A DNA stretch of 64,000 nucleotides from a virus. Below, one piece after another: positions 21,101-29,746 of this stretch. A model generated the notes under the pieces. It was not told the origin of the DNA, made no database searches, and saw only the letters and a program-made list of their open reading frames with translations. Every line of letters begins with the position of its first letter. The first letter of the stretch is position 1. The translations under genes and the position numbers were made by a program. The stretch covers positions 32,001 through 96,000 of the IMG/VR virus record IMGVR_UViG_3300037628_000643; one strand, given 5' to 3'.

Positions 21101-22746
21101 TTACAGGGCAAGGTGGTGATGGATGGGATCAATGGAAAGGCCCAGATGCTATTTTCAGATGGGCTAAATTATCTATAACAAATAGCGGAAATATTGTTAC
21201 TCCAAACGGAATACTTGATCTTCATTTGGATGGATATCGTATTAGTATTTATGATTCTAGCGATAATTTATTGCGCGAAGAAATAGTAAGGGACAGTACC
21301 TTTACTTATACTTTAGAAAAAAATAGAAGAGACACAAATTTAAATCCAGTTCGTAATCTTAAATTTCAAATTCAAGCTGTTACTGTCAGTGGCTTCGAAG
21401 GTGAAGTGTCTGAACTGATTGTTTCTAATCCAGCACCTAGTGTTCCGGCTAATGTTACTTATAATCCTGGGTTTAGCTCTATTGCCATAAATTTTGACTT
21501 TCCAAACGATCTTGATTTCGTTGGTGTCAATCTTTATATAGCTGAAAGCCCTACAGACCCACTTACTATTGATCCTATATTGCTTACTGGCAATAACACA
21601 ATTCGTGACGCGCTAGATTCTGGCACAACATACGGAATAGTGCTTGAATCGGTTGACCAATTTGGTATTGGTGCACAGACCACCCAAGCAAATATAGTTA
21701 CAGACCTAATTAATGCCCAAAACATTGGCGACCTAACCGGAACCATTACGCTAGATGAGAATGGCGGTCAGATAATAACTAATAACGATAACTTTATCTC
21801 TGTTATGGGAGCAGTTGATCGAGCTGGATTCGGTAATGGTACGCTAGTATTTCATACGTGGGATGGCAACACTGCTCCGTTTTGGGTGGACAGCGCTGGT
21901 GACGCTGCCTTTAGTGGAACTGTTACTGCCTCTACTTTTGTTGGCGGACTGGTGTCTAATGTGGAGGGAGCTTCCTTTGGAGATGACGGATATCAGCTTG
22001 GCGTGTTTGGTGGGATTCCTAAGTTTCATGTGGGTAATGGTAATAAATTTGTTCAGTTTGACGGCACTAATATTGTAACTGGAAAGGAGTCTGTTTTAAG
22101 GGGTGTTCGGTCATTCAATACAGATCAGCTTATTTGGTATGACAATATGGTTGGGGTAGACGTAATTCAAAAATCAGCTGGTGCAACATTTTCTTTCAAT
22201 CAGCAGCAGGGACTTATAATCACCGTTCCTAGTAGCGCTCTTGATGAGTGGACTCACACTGTAGTCGGTCGAACAGGAGTATCCCTTACTGGGCAAAAAA
22301 TAAACATGGAAAAGAATGGAAGACTTAAAGTTGGAATGACTGGTTCTGCAAGCACCAACGGTACTGTGTATGTATTAGCTGGCAGTAAAAATATATTAAT
22401 AGACACTACTGGGTCATTTGACAGAAATTGGGGCTTCAAGCTTGAAGGGAACGTTGCTTTTGCATACTACCAAGAGGGTAACACTAGGCGAATAGCTACA
22501 ACTGGAATTACTGTTACAACAAATAAGTCAATTTTTGAGGTTGAGTACTTTGGCCTTGAAGGGCGGTGCTTAGTTACAGTTATAGATGAGTTTGGCGTTA
22601 TTGTTGGTACATCACAAGTAATCTCAACTCCTGCCACAGGTAGCGTCTTTGAGATATGGACTCATCAGATACATAGAAGTATCGCGCAAGGAGTTGTCTC
22701 AAGATCCACTATACTGTCCGATATATTTATAGAACAAGATGCATGA
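18118..22746 (+). CDS. central tail tip / hub-spike protein
   Basis: 1542 aa; LELEVGDVV hub motif, Gly-rich middle, Fn3-like domains (NPAP..P, Y.I...VDQFG). Confidence 0.8.
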   Translation: MRQLSDAYRQANTAYSREPRFYAKILNDTKTIYITSHSDITIVDVGSEIFSGVLTSSVGNSQKITPERGYSTIGGASLSLKDLGFTELLRDLKDNFNDTLNNNKVELYTGFKDLDTADYTLIIPMYVTGIDNNELDYILKLSDTQRFVKKSIFKNLALTKVVTSLGYDTGSIEVVSSDEFNRVEHDSGWTDAPSATVGYFSISGTNEYGEDIEEIARWTSAPDSTHFIVDARGLFGTRPVDIVGSIDEGSSELKELVYLDLPVPKMILALMTGDLLNQVGATLPDSWHAAVEASLISLSSFVNIGDDLSNFNLQFIGESDQEAKGFIANQCMAPMNLFTFINQNGELNLKRFSAQSLVSPGNLILDYDKLTAISPIERDAKSIRNIFSINWEWQFSGEYFARRDIYIDGDSIARNNQTSVDYQLDLRGIRNSGREAKTSLDSLAEGIRARFSEPRVIPTASCLIRDTIELEVGDVVLLDLPNQPDFASPDTLFSSFEVQGITWDFLAGTSVLSLFGSSGSATPIGLTSGEDIPLLTHDGSWTDITGVLTGTDSGGTFTVTANGNLPSGKYFYDGNIVINTGITVTFNGSTWIDCLDFSIIGTGKMDGAGRSGVLTAGFFGGNDSAQEGMKRTFDGSLFPDSYYVRQTPGKNSDKIAASNTVVPSGTLATIDEANNLTGIDFSAALYGNAGGTGGTLVFRSQVLDSEDDHLGGDKVSGGAGLGLICTNLFATNKSIITNGSDNDFTVGNATAAGGGSGDFYAGAGGFGWPGAVLCYLKDRTSVVPSIRNIVEARTGSWDEADGFTVGFRPKTNGARTRQNRSSGDKIAPIFPSQAALADNDFSSDASIVYRIAKASDHVPVPGTDITPTAKLPTLSTIEEVNLPKTPLGNQTTVTITAVAAIGDDAYSYTQFAYRLKGQLQWVPISYGIRNESTVTVVADGSTYEFSGQPVNNQGVASTGRSIIEHTVKLVSKDSDVGDATPSIPPIQRLELVNSVTGQGGDGWDQWKGPDAIFRWAKLSITNSGNIVTPNGILDLHLDGYRISIYDSSDNLLREEIVRDSTFTYTLEKNRRDTNLNPVRNLKFQIQAVTVSGFEGEVSELIVSNPAPSVPANVTYNPGFSSIAINFDFPNDLDFVGVNLYIAESPTDPLTIDPILLTGNNTIRDALDSGTTYGIVLESVDQFGIGAQTTQANIVTDLINAQNIGDLTGTITLDENGGQIITNNDNFISVMGAVDRAGFGNGTLVFHTWDGNTAPFWVDSAGDAAFSGTVTASTFVGGLVSNVEGASFGDDGYQLGVFGGIPKFHVGNGNKFVQFDGTNIVTGKESVLRGVRSFNTDQLIWYDNMVGVDVIQKSAGATFSFNQQQGLIITVPSSALDEWTHTVVGRTGVSLTGQKINMEKNGRLKVGMTGSASTNGTVYVLAGSKNILIDTTGSFDRNWGFKLEGNVAFAYYQEGNTRRIATTGITVTTNKSIFEVEYFGLEGRCLVTVIDEFGVIVGTSQVISTPATGSVFEIWTHQIHRSIAQGVVSRSTILSDIFIEQDA

Positions 22747-22752
22747 AAACAT

Positions 22753-22789
22753 TTGACTACAATGCTTTATTATGCTAGCATTGTAGTCA
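22753..22789 (+). promoter_or_regulatory. sigma70 promoter within a 13 bp perfect inverted repeat
   Basis: TTGACT-N17-TAGCAT; TGACTACAATGCT / AGCATTGTAGTCA. Confidence 0.65.
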
Positions 22790-22808
22790 GCTAATCAAGG
22801 AGAAACAT

Positions 22809-23291
22809 ATGAAATCAATCATTTTTTTAATGTTACTAAGCTTTAACTTAAATGCTGCAGAACTAAATCTAGGGTTTTATAGCTTTCACTTGTTTTCTTC
22901 TGGGCTAAATGAAAGTAACTATCTTATAGGTATATCAACCAAACACGCTGAATTCGGAACCTATCAGAACAGCTATGACGTTAGATCATATTATGTTGCA
23001 AGAAAGTTTTCCTATAATGACAAAATAAGCTTTATGGGTGGAGTGGTGTCTGGTTATAGCTCTGAATGCATTTTTGCATCTAATAAATCATCGCCAGTCC
23101 GAATTGATAAGAACAAAACACCTCCAACACTGACAGGCGTCAGCGCCCCCGAATTACCCCCTGAAATCAATACATGCAATGAATCAGATTTATCCCCTCT
23201 TATAGCCATGGACATAACCCTAACAGACAATGTACATGTAATAGTTATGGGCGATGCATTCATGCTGGTACTAAAACTACCGATAAAATAA
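22809..23291 (+). CDS. exported PagP-like outer-membrane beta-barrel (moron)
   Basis: signal peptide ending LNA-A; S.H, NE.N, G.Y.NSY..RSYY, G.VSGY motifs. Confidence 0.55.
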   Translation: MKSIIFLMLLSFNLNAAELNLGFYSFHLFSSGLNESNYLIGISTKHAEFGTYQNSYDVRSYYVARKFSYNDKISFMGGVVSGYSSECIFASNKSSPVRIDKNKTPPTLTGVSAPELPPEINTCNESDLSPLIAMDITLTDNVHVIVMGDAFMLVLKLPIK

Positions 23292-23335
23292 TTTGTGATA
23301 CAATAGAGAACACTTTATTTTTCTCAGGTCTCTCC

Positions 23336-24868
23336 ATGTCACAAACGAAAACGGGTTTGTCTTCCCCAACAAATGCCTCTGCTACTGTTCTTGGTAATGG
23401 AACTTTGTGGCTCACTGAAGTCTCTATAGGCGACTTCTATATAAAAGCAGGTAACGCACTACCTATTGTCTACACTGTCGGAGGCATTGTATCCGATACA
23501 GAATTGACCTTAACAGCACCATATGGCGATGCAACAGAAGTAGATATAGCATACGTCATTCATCGAGATTTTTTCCCAAATGGTAACGGACAATTATTTA
23601 GTACTGATGTAGAGACCGCTGGTATTTATAATGAGACGGCGAAGAGTGAAATTGTCCAAGGTGATCTGGGAACTGCTTCACTTGCAAGCGCAGAACGCTT
23701 ATCAAACACACCTTATTGCACAGATTCAGGTATTGCAGATGCTTACGTCCTAACGGTCGACTATACAAATGCAGCTGTTACCGCATACAATGACGGCGAC
23801 CAATTTCGGTTTATGGTAACCAATACACCAACTGGTGGATCGACTATAAAAGTTGGTTCTGGAGCTGTCGTAGCATTAGTCAAAAAAGATGGCACAGCAA
23901 TTACAGCGAGTTATTTTGCTGGTGGAGATGAACTTGAGATTCAATACGACCTTGCGAATAATCGGTTTTTTATTACAAGTGGAACATTGGCTCAACTTGA
24001 TGGACAAATAACTCCAGCTGTTTCTGGAAACACAGTTGGTGATTTAACAAAAGTTGGCGATGACATTTCAAACTTTACTGGTATTGGTCGAAAGAATTTA
24101 TTAATCAATGCAGGCTTTAGGATTAATCAGGAAGAGTATGTATCGAGTGCAACTTTAGCTGCTGGTGAATACGGTCATGATATGAACAAGGCTGGTTCAT
24201 CAGGTGGAGACTATACATTCACACAATTAGCCAGCACTACTGAAATAACTATTTTGGCCGGCAAGTCTTTAATCAATGAAATTGAGTCCAAAGAAGTAGA
24301 GGGCGGCACTTATGTTTTGTCATGGGAAGGAACCGCAAAGGCGCGAGCCGGTGTTGATTCATTAATTCCATTAGGAACATTTGTGGTTAGCCCATTAGTA
24401 ATAAATGCTCAAACAGCATCCACTGTAATGTCAGTTGAATTTGATGAAGGCACATTAAAGAAAAAGAAATTGGAAAGAGCGTCAGTACCAACAGAATATA
24501 GAGAGGTAAGTATTGGTAATGATGAGTATGAATGTTTCCGTCATTTTGAAAGGATAAGGGCTGATGCTGCTGGATATCGTTTTTCTGTAGGGTATCAGGA
24601 TACTACTATAGCTTTAAATTCAATATTATTTTACCGAGAAAAAAGAATTGATTCGGTAGTAATAAGCAGCAGTGCTGTATCTAATTTTACGATGATAACC
24701 GCTGGCGCAATTGCAAACATAACCAGTTTAACCACCTCGAACGCATCACGAAGTCGAGCAAATCTAGCAGGCGGACACAATCCGTTTGGTGTAGCCGGAA
24801 ACGGGTGTATGGTTCGAGCCATAAGCGCTAGTGCATTTATTGACATAGACGCGAGGTTAATAACATGA
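23336..24868 (+). CDS. tail fibre protein
   Basis: V.GNGT.W N-terminus, ADAYVLT...Y..G..F.F domain, RKNLLINAGFRINQ domain. Confidence 0.85.
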   Translation: MSQTKTGLSSPTNASATVLGNGTLWLTEVSIGDFYIKAGNALPIVYTVGGIVSDTELTLTAPYGDATEVDIAYVIHRDFFPNGNGQLFSTDVETAGIYNETAKSEIVQGDLGTASLASAERLSNTPYCTDSGIADAYVLTVDYTNAAVTAYNDGDQFRFMVTNTPTGGSTIKVGSGAVVALVKKDGTAITASYFAGGDELEIQYDLANNRFFITSGTLAQLDGQITPAVSGNTVGDLTKVGDDISNFTGIGRKNLLINAGFRINQEEYVSSATLAAGEYGHDMNKAGSSGGDYTFTQLASTTEITILAGKSLINEIESKEVEGGTYVLSWEGTAKARAGVDSLIPLGTFVVSPLVINAQTASTVMSVEFDEGTLKKKKLERASVPTEYREVSIGNDEYECFRHFERIRADAAGYRFSVGYQDTTIALNSILFYREKRIDSVVISSSAVSNFTMITAGAIANITSLTTSNASRSRANLAGGHNPFGVAGNGCMVRAISASAFIDIDARLIT

Positions 24869-25176
24869 TTATTAACAGCGTAAAAATTAGAGGTGATGAT
24901 TTCTCCGCTGTTATTTGTGGTCGAGAACACTTTGGTATAAAGAAAGGATCTAGCTTTTATCCAGAAGTAAAAGAATGGATTGAAGCAGGAAATACACCTG
25001 AACCAGAATTCACTAAAGATGAACTTGACCAGCAAGCGCAAGAGAAAGTAAATGCTGACGCAAAGAAGTATTTAGACGATACTGATTGGTATATAACCAG
25101 ACGAACAGAAGCTAGCAAGCCAATTCCTAATGATATATTAGAAAAGAGACAACAAGCAAGAGACGCAATCGTATGA
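24865..25176 (+). CDS. tail fibre assembly protein
   Basis: WIEAGNTPEP, YLDDTDWY..R..E, RQQAR motifs. Confidence 0.8.
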   Translation: MIINSVKIRGDDFSAVICGREHFGIKKGSSFYPEVKEWIEAGNTPEPEFTKDELDQQAQEKVNADAKKYLDDTDWYITRRTEASKPIPNDILEKRQQARDAIV

Positions 25177-25706
25177 CTAATTTTAGAGACAACACAATAA
25201 AAGAAATCATCCGCATAGAAGGCGGATACAGTAACGACAAAAATGACAGTGGAGGCGAAACCAAATACGGTATAGCAAAAAAATCACACCCGAACATTGA
25301 CATTAAGAATTTAACAAAGTCAGATGCAACAAAAATCTATATTGATATGTATTGGAACTCTATAAGAGGTGATGACTTAACAGCTATCTCCACCCTTATT
25401 GCTAATGAAGTTTTCGATACAGCAGTGAACCTTGGCGTCAACCGTGCATCAAAAATATTGCAAAGAAACTTAAATGTATTCAATAACAGACAAGAGTATT
25501 ATAACGATATACTTGTAGATGGAGACATCGGCAATGCGACAATAGTAACGCTACAATCTTATGCTAGAAAACGCTTCAACGATGGAGGCGAAGAAGTATT
25601 GCACAAGATGCTTAATTGCCTTCAAGGTGCGTTTTATGTCGATCTATGTGAGCGCAGAGAGAAAGACGAAAAATATATGTTCGGCTGGGCGAAGAACAGA
25701 ACATGA
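25173..25706 (+). CDS. endolysin, glycosyl hydrolase family 108 with PG-binding domain
   Basis: EGGY.ND..D.GGETKYGI, FDTAVN.G, VDG.IG..T. Confidence 0.95.
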   Translation: MTNFRDNTIKEIIRIEGGYSNDKNDSGGETKYGIAKKSHPNIDIKNLTKSDATKIYIDMYWNSIRGDDLTAISTLIANEVFDTAVNLGVNRASKILQRNLNVFNNRQEYYNDILVDGDIGNATIVTLQSYARKRFNDGGEEVLHKMLNCLQGAFYVDLCERREKDEKYMFGWAKNRT

Positions 25707-25924
25707 GTCTTCCAACCAGAAAAAATAGAAGATTAATAGCTATTTGGACTATGGTACTAATTTCAATGGTAGTGCTTAGGACATTATTTTTACCTGATCT
25801 TCCACCACAGGCATCAGGCCTTCTTATGGTCATTGTGCCATCATTGATCACTATTATTGCTGTATTTATCTCAGGTGAGACATATAGTGATCATTCTGCT
25901 AGAAAGCATAAAGAGGATGCGTAA
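25703..25924 (+). CDS. holin
   Basis: 73 aa, two TM segments, charged termini, next to endolysin. Confidence 0.75.
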   Translation: MSLPTRKNRRLIAIWTMVLISMVVLRTLFLPDLPPQASGLLMVIVPSLITIIAVFISGETYSDHSARKHKEDA

Positions 25925-26325
25925 TGGAAATCATACTGTCAATAACAATCATCCTCTCATTGCTTGGAAACTTTTTTCAGCATAATAAAATACAAAATGT
26001 AAAAGAAGACAACAAAATAATAACAATTGCCGCAGAAAAAAATTACAACGCATACATTATCGCTATAAAGGCAAATGAAGAATATGAATATATTATTACT
26101 GATATGGAAAGTGCTAGCGAGTCCTGCAACAAAGATCTTGAGTTCGCTATTAACAAGTTCGACAGGTGGCAAGATTCTGAACGTCTCCAAGAGAGCATTA
26201 TCAAAGATCTCGAAGAAAGACTTAGCCATATTGATTATAGCGATAGCTGTGTCGTTCCCGCTTGGGTGGATTTTGAAGCCGGAGAAGCAAGTATTAGTAG
26301 TGTCGGAACCGGAGATGATCAGTAG
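25924..26325 (+). CDS. i-spanin (Rz-like)
   Basis: N-terminal TM, coiled coil, C-terminal SCVVP. Confidence 0.7.
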   Translation: MEIILSITIILSLLGNFFQHNKIQNVKEDNKIITIAAEKNYNAYIIAIKANEEYEYIITDMESASESCNKDLEFAINKFDRWQDSERLQESIIKDLEERLSHIDYSDSCVVPAWVDFEAGEASISSVGTGDDQ

Positions 26326-26518
26326 GCCCGTATATGTAACTAAGATACAATATGAGATGCCACTTCTTTTGTGTCCAAAGCCAACAATTAATGGCAAAGT
26401 TGGTGGCATGACAATGGTCGAATTTCAATTATGGGGACAGAAATCATGGAACTGGATTTCAACTTGTTATAATTCTATTATCACAGAAAGTGATATAATA
26501 CGCATAAATAACTCTTAA
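26075..26518 (+). CDS. o-spanin-like protein overlapping i-spanin in +1 frame (start uncertain)
   Basis: hydrophobic segment then P/V-rich linker and PLLLCPKP...W....C; no lipobox Cys. Confidence 0.5.
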   Translation: MKNMNILLLIWKVLASPATKILSSLLTSSTGGKILNVSKRALSKISKKDLAILIIAIAVSFPLGWILKPEKQVLVVSEPEMISRPVYVTKIQYEMPLLLCPKPTINGKVGGMTMVEFQLWGQKSWNWISTCYNSIITESDIIRINNS

Positions 26519-26535
26519 CATTCAAGGAAATAAAC

Positions 26536-26958
26536 ATGCAGTCTTTAACAGCCTTTTTTCAAGGTATTTTTCAGCATAAAGCAACTACTCCAGCCAGTAT
26601 TATTTTTGCAGTAATTGTTTATTGGTCTGGATTTCAAACCACACAAGAAACAGCAGAAACAAATGCAATTGAGGTGTCACAGCTTGTTATCCAAGTATCT
26701 AGTCTTACCGATCAGATTGGCGAAATAAGCGATCAATTGTATGAAATGAAATATGAACCCGCGTATAAAATTATTAAACTCGGTCTCGCAGGAAAAAGCC
26801 ATGACGAAGCAATTGAAAGGATCAAATTTTGGGTCGATGAAGATTGGGTTGCAAAAATAGTAAATCTAACAGAACTATGCGAAGAGCCTAGTCGAAAATA
26901 TCTAATGAAGATTGGCGGGCCACAAGGCGCTGTAGATTATTGTAGGGCACTTTCTTAA
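26536..26958 (+). CDS. hypothetical membrane-anchored coiled-coil protein
   Basis: N-terminal TM, AAGGA RBS. Confidence 0.65.
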   Translation: MQSLTAFFQGIFQHKATTPASIIFAVIVYWSGFQTTQETAETNAIEVSQLVIQVSSLTDQIGEISDQLYEMKYEPAYKIIKLGLAGKSHDEAIERIKFWVDEDWVAKIVNLTELCEEPSRKYLMKIGGPQGAVDYCRALS

Positions 26959-26992
26959 AAAATTATGCCCACTATTATGTGGGCATTTTTTT
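26957..26992. terminator. bidirectional terminator between convergent arms
   Basis: ATGCCCAC-tattat-GTGGGCAT with flanking A and T runs. Confidence 0.75.
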
Positions 26993-26993
26993 G

Positions 26994-27263
26994 TCAATAC
27001 TTAAATGTATCTATCGTTTTCCCAGACTCATTCATGATATAGACTTTTTCATCTTTGAATACAGTGTGATCTATTCTTCTCTGCATGCCTTCGCCATGAT
27101 GCTCATACTGAACTATCGCCTGAACATCATCGTGCGCACTAATATTAAGTGCTTCAGCTAGTGGCTTAAAATCAATATGACCCTTTGCGGTAATATTTAT
27201 ACCTCCGTCTTTAACCTCGTCAATCATTATTCCTCTCTTTCTTTCTATCTTTATAACAAACAT
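26994..27263 (-). CDS. hypothetical protein
   Basis: 89 aa, VYIMNESGKTID C-terminal motif. Confidence 0.65.
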   Translation of the reverse strand: MFVIKIERKRGIMIDEVKDGGINITAKGHIDFKPLAEALNISAHDDVQAIVQYEHHGEGMQRRIDHTVFKDEKVYIMNESGKTIDTFKY

Positions 27264-27327
27264 ATCTACTTCCTTCTTCTATGTGCGTTATTGCACGGTA
27301 ATATTTAATCACAAACAAAAACACTTG

Positions 27328-28956
27328 TCAATACTCTCTTGTCAACACCTTATGCCCCATGTAATTCCCTCCGCTCGTTATCTTTACTCCAGTGTAATCA
27401 ACCGTCAAAGATGTAGCTTTCTTATACCCATGAGCTTTAAGTTCTGCTATCGCTGTCAATAACGACTTAGGGCAATGATCAATAAGATCATCCGATGATA
27501 CTTCAGCCCACCATCTGCACGCATCTGATCTTCTATGAGGATTTCCTTCAAAATGAAAGTACTCATGAATCTTCTCTATGCCACAATGATAAGTGACACG
27601 TAGAGAGTTCTTTTTGCTCACTCTTGAATGGTGATTATCAACGGTGACGTTGAGCACCTTGATATCTTTTATCGGTGATGCGCCTTCAATAATATCATCT
27701 GTTGATGCTTCAACACCGTGATTTGGCGCTATATCTCCTCCGAATTTAGTAAAGCAAAACGGACACTCGGATGCGAGGTATTTTACTAGCTTGTCACAAC
27801 ATCCACACTTCTTAAATGGCGTTCTCTTTGCTTGCTTTTGAGCCTCTTTTGTTGGAGGTGGGCCCAATTTTGTAATATCTCTGAACCTAGAAATATTTTC
27901 TCCATAATCAAGCACCATGGCGTTTATTTTTGAAAAATGAGTACGAAGAAGTCTTCCAATTATCTGAAGCCATAAAGCCGATGACTGAGTTGCGCGAAGC
28001 ACAATCCCACAGTCAATTGACTTCACATCGAAGCCAGTTGTTAAAGTATTAATACTTATCAACCATCTTAATGAAAAATCTTCGAAGCGCTCTATAAATC
28101 CAGTTCTATCATCTAGCTCCGTATCACCTGTAATTACTTCTGAAATCTCACCCCTCTCAGCAAGAGCTGCCTTAATCTTGTATGCATGCTCAACTCCACA
28201 AGCAAAAACAAGAATGCTTTTTCGGTCAGAAGCATACTTCATTGCATCATCAAGTGCAGCTTCAATGAGGTAATCATCGTCCATTACCTGCTGCATTGCT
28301 TCGTCATTAAACTCTCCATTAGCGTTCAGCTTTATAGATGACGTATTTGCAGATAAACTAACCTCTGGAGTAATTAATGGACAAAGGAAGCCTTCATCAA
28401 ATAAAGTTGTCATTGATATTTCGTAAACAATATCATCAACAAGCCAACTCCCTTCCAATGTTCCGCTTTCCATCTTCCAAGGACTAGCGCTTAAAGTTAC
28501 AATTCGAACATGAGGATTTTTTTTCTTTAAATTCTCGAAAAATATGTAATACATCGAATCTTTTTTTAAGGAAACCCTATGGGCCTCATCAACATAAACC
28601 ACTGATACATTTTCGAATAAACTTGCTTTCCTGTATACCGATTGTATGCCAGCGAAGACAATATCTCCTGTGTGGTCTTTTGATTTATATGACGCAGAAA
28701 ATACTGTAGTCTTAGCGCTTGGCCACTGTTCTAGCATAGCTAAATTGTTTTGTAAAATTAATTTGGTAATATCTGTCAAGACAATCTGCTGAAATCCAGA
28801 AGATATGTCATGTATCCTTTTTGCAAGCTCAGCTATAATTAAGCTCTTGCCACTTCCTGTCGGAGCTTTAATTAACGGGTTTTTATCCGTGGAAAATAGA
28901 TAGTCAATCGTAGCGTCAACTGCTTCTTGTTGATAATAATGTGGCTTGTATGCCAT
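27328..28956 (-). CDS. SF2 DNA helicase, RadD/YejH-like
   Basis: YQQEAV, APTGSGKS, DEAH, TTGFD, QIIGR..R, CxxC..CPFC zinc finger. Confidence 0.92.
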   Translation of the reverse strand: MAYKPHYYQQEAVDATIDYLFSTDKNPLIKAPTGSGKSLIIAELAKRIHDISSGFQQIVLTDITKLILQNNLAMLEQWPSAKTTVFSASYKSKDHTGDIVFAGIQSVYRKASLFENVSVVYVDEAHRVSLKKDSMYYIFFENLKKKNPHVRIVTLSASPWKMESGTLEGSWLVDDIVYEISMTTLFDEGFLCPLITPEVSLSANTSSIKLNANGEFNDEAMQQVMDDDYLIEAALDDAMKYASDRKSILVFACGVEHAYKIKAALAERGEISEVITGDTELDDRTGFIERFEDFSLRWLISINTLTTGFDVKSIDCGIVLRATQSSALWLQIIGRLLRTHFSKINAMVLDYGENISRFRDITKLGPPPTKEAQKQAKRTPFKKCGCCDKLVKYLASECPFCFTKFGGDIAPNHGVEASTDDIIEGASPIKDIKVLNVTVDNHHSRVSKKNSLRVTYHCGIEKIHEYFHFEGNPHRRSDACRWWAEVSSDDLIDHCPKSLLTAIAELKAHGYKKATSLTVDYTGVKITSGGNYMGHKVLTREY

Positions 28957-29279
28957 TATTCCTCCATTCCCTCAAGCTTATCGCCAATAACTTCAGCTAA
29001 ACTACCTCCGCCATTATAGTGATATGTGAAAAAAGAAATAGACCCATCATTATTTTTATCTACAATAGCAAAGCCGAACTCGTCTCCGTTAAATTCCTCT
29101 ATTTCAATTGTGTATGCGATACCGTTGATGACTTCGATATTATCAATCTCATCTCTCGCCCAACTAGTGTATGTCTTATGCCATGAAGGTAGTCTTGATC
29201 CCTCGAACTTCTTTTCGAAATATTCTTCCGCATCTTTGATAGGTATTAACGTGCCTTTATTTAATTCCATGTCGCTCAT
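28956..29279 (-). CDS. hypothetical protein
   Basis: 107 aa in operon. Confidence 0.7.
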   Translation of the reverse strand: MSDMELNKGTLIPIKDAEEYFEKKFEGSRLPSWHKTYTSWARDEIDNIEVINGIAYTIEIEEFNGDEFGFAIVDKNNDGSISFFTYHYNGGGSLAEVIGDKLEGMEE

Positions 29280-29293
29280 ATATTTTTCCTAAT

Positions 29294-29746
29294 TCACTTC
29301 GACAAATAATGAAGATTTGTAAATGTGTGGAATAACCCATTACTCTTTCCTTCCCACTCTATGACAATGTCTCCGCATGATGTATATATCTCATATACTG
29401 TATTATTAATCTGACGAACTTTTTTATGTGATCCAAATTGCTCACAGCTTGATTTATTGCTGTCCCAATAAAAATATTCGTCATCGTCATCGTCATCGCT
29501 CCAATCGGCATCTCCTTCAAGGTGTTTAAAGTTAATACCAGTTATGATATTTCCATCTTCAAATACCTCACTACAGTTAAAATCTTTTACTAGAGATGTT
29601 TCGCAACAATGCTGATGATGAAAAATAATATACTCCGAACCATTCTTCATAAAAATAGCTACTCTGTCTGATCCTATGAACAGCCCATCTATTCTTTCTA
29701 TCTCTGCACCGAGGATACAGGTTAAATTGACTCTTTCTTCGCTCAT
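29294..29746 (-). CDS. hypothetical protein (H.Q.CCE motif)
   Basis: 150 aa; HHQHCCE and W.G.SNG motifs. Confidence 0.7.
   Translation of the reverse strand: MSEERVNLTCILGAEIERIDGLFIGSDRVAIFMKNGSEYIIFHHQHCCETSLVKDFNCSEVFEDGNIITGINFKHLEGDADWSDDDDDDEYFYWDSNKSSCEQFGSHKKVRQINNTVYEIYTSCGDIVIEWEGKSNGLFHTFTNLHYLSK

Noticed and set aside
5782-24868. Diversity-generating retroelement or invertible fibre cassette
   Set aside because: No reverse transcriptase, recombinase or template/variable repeat pair seen
25957-26409. 150 aa minus-strand ORF over spanins
   Set aside because: Opposite two overlapping sense genes; no recognisable features
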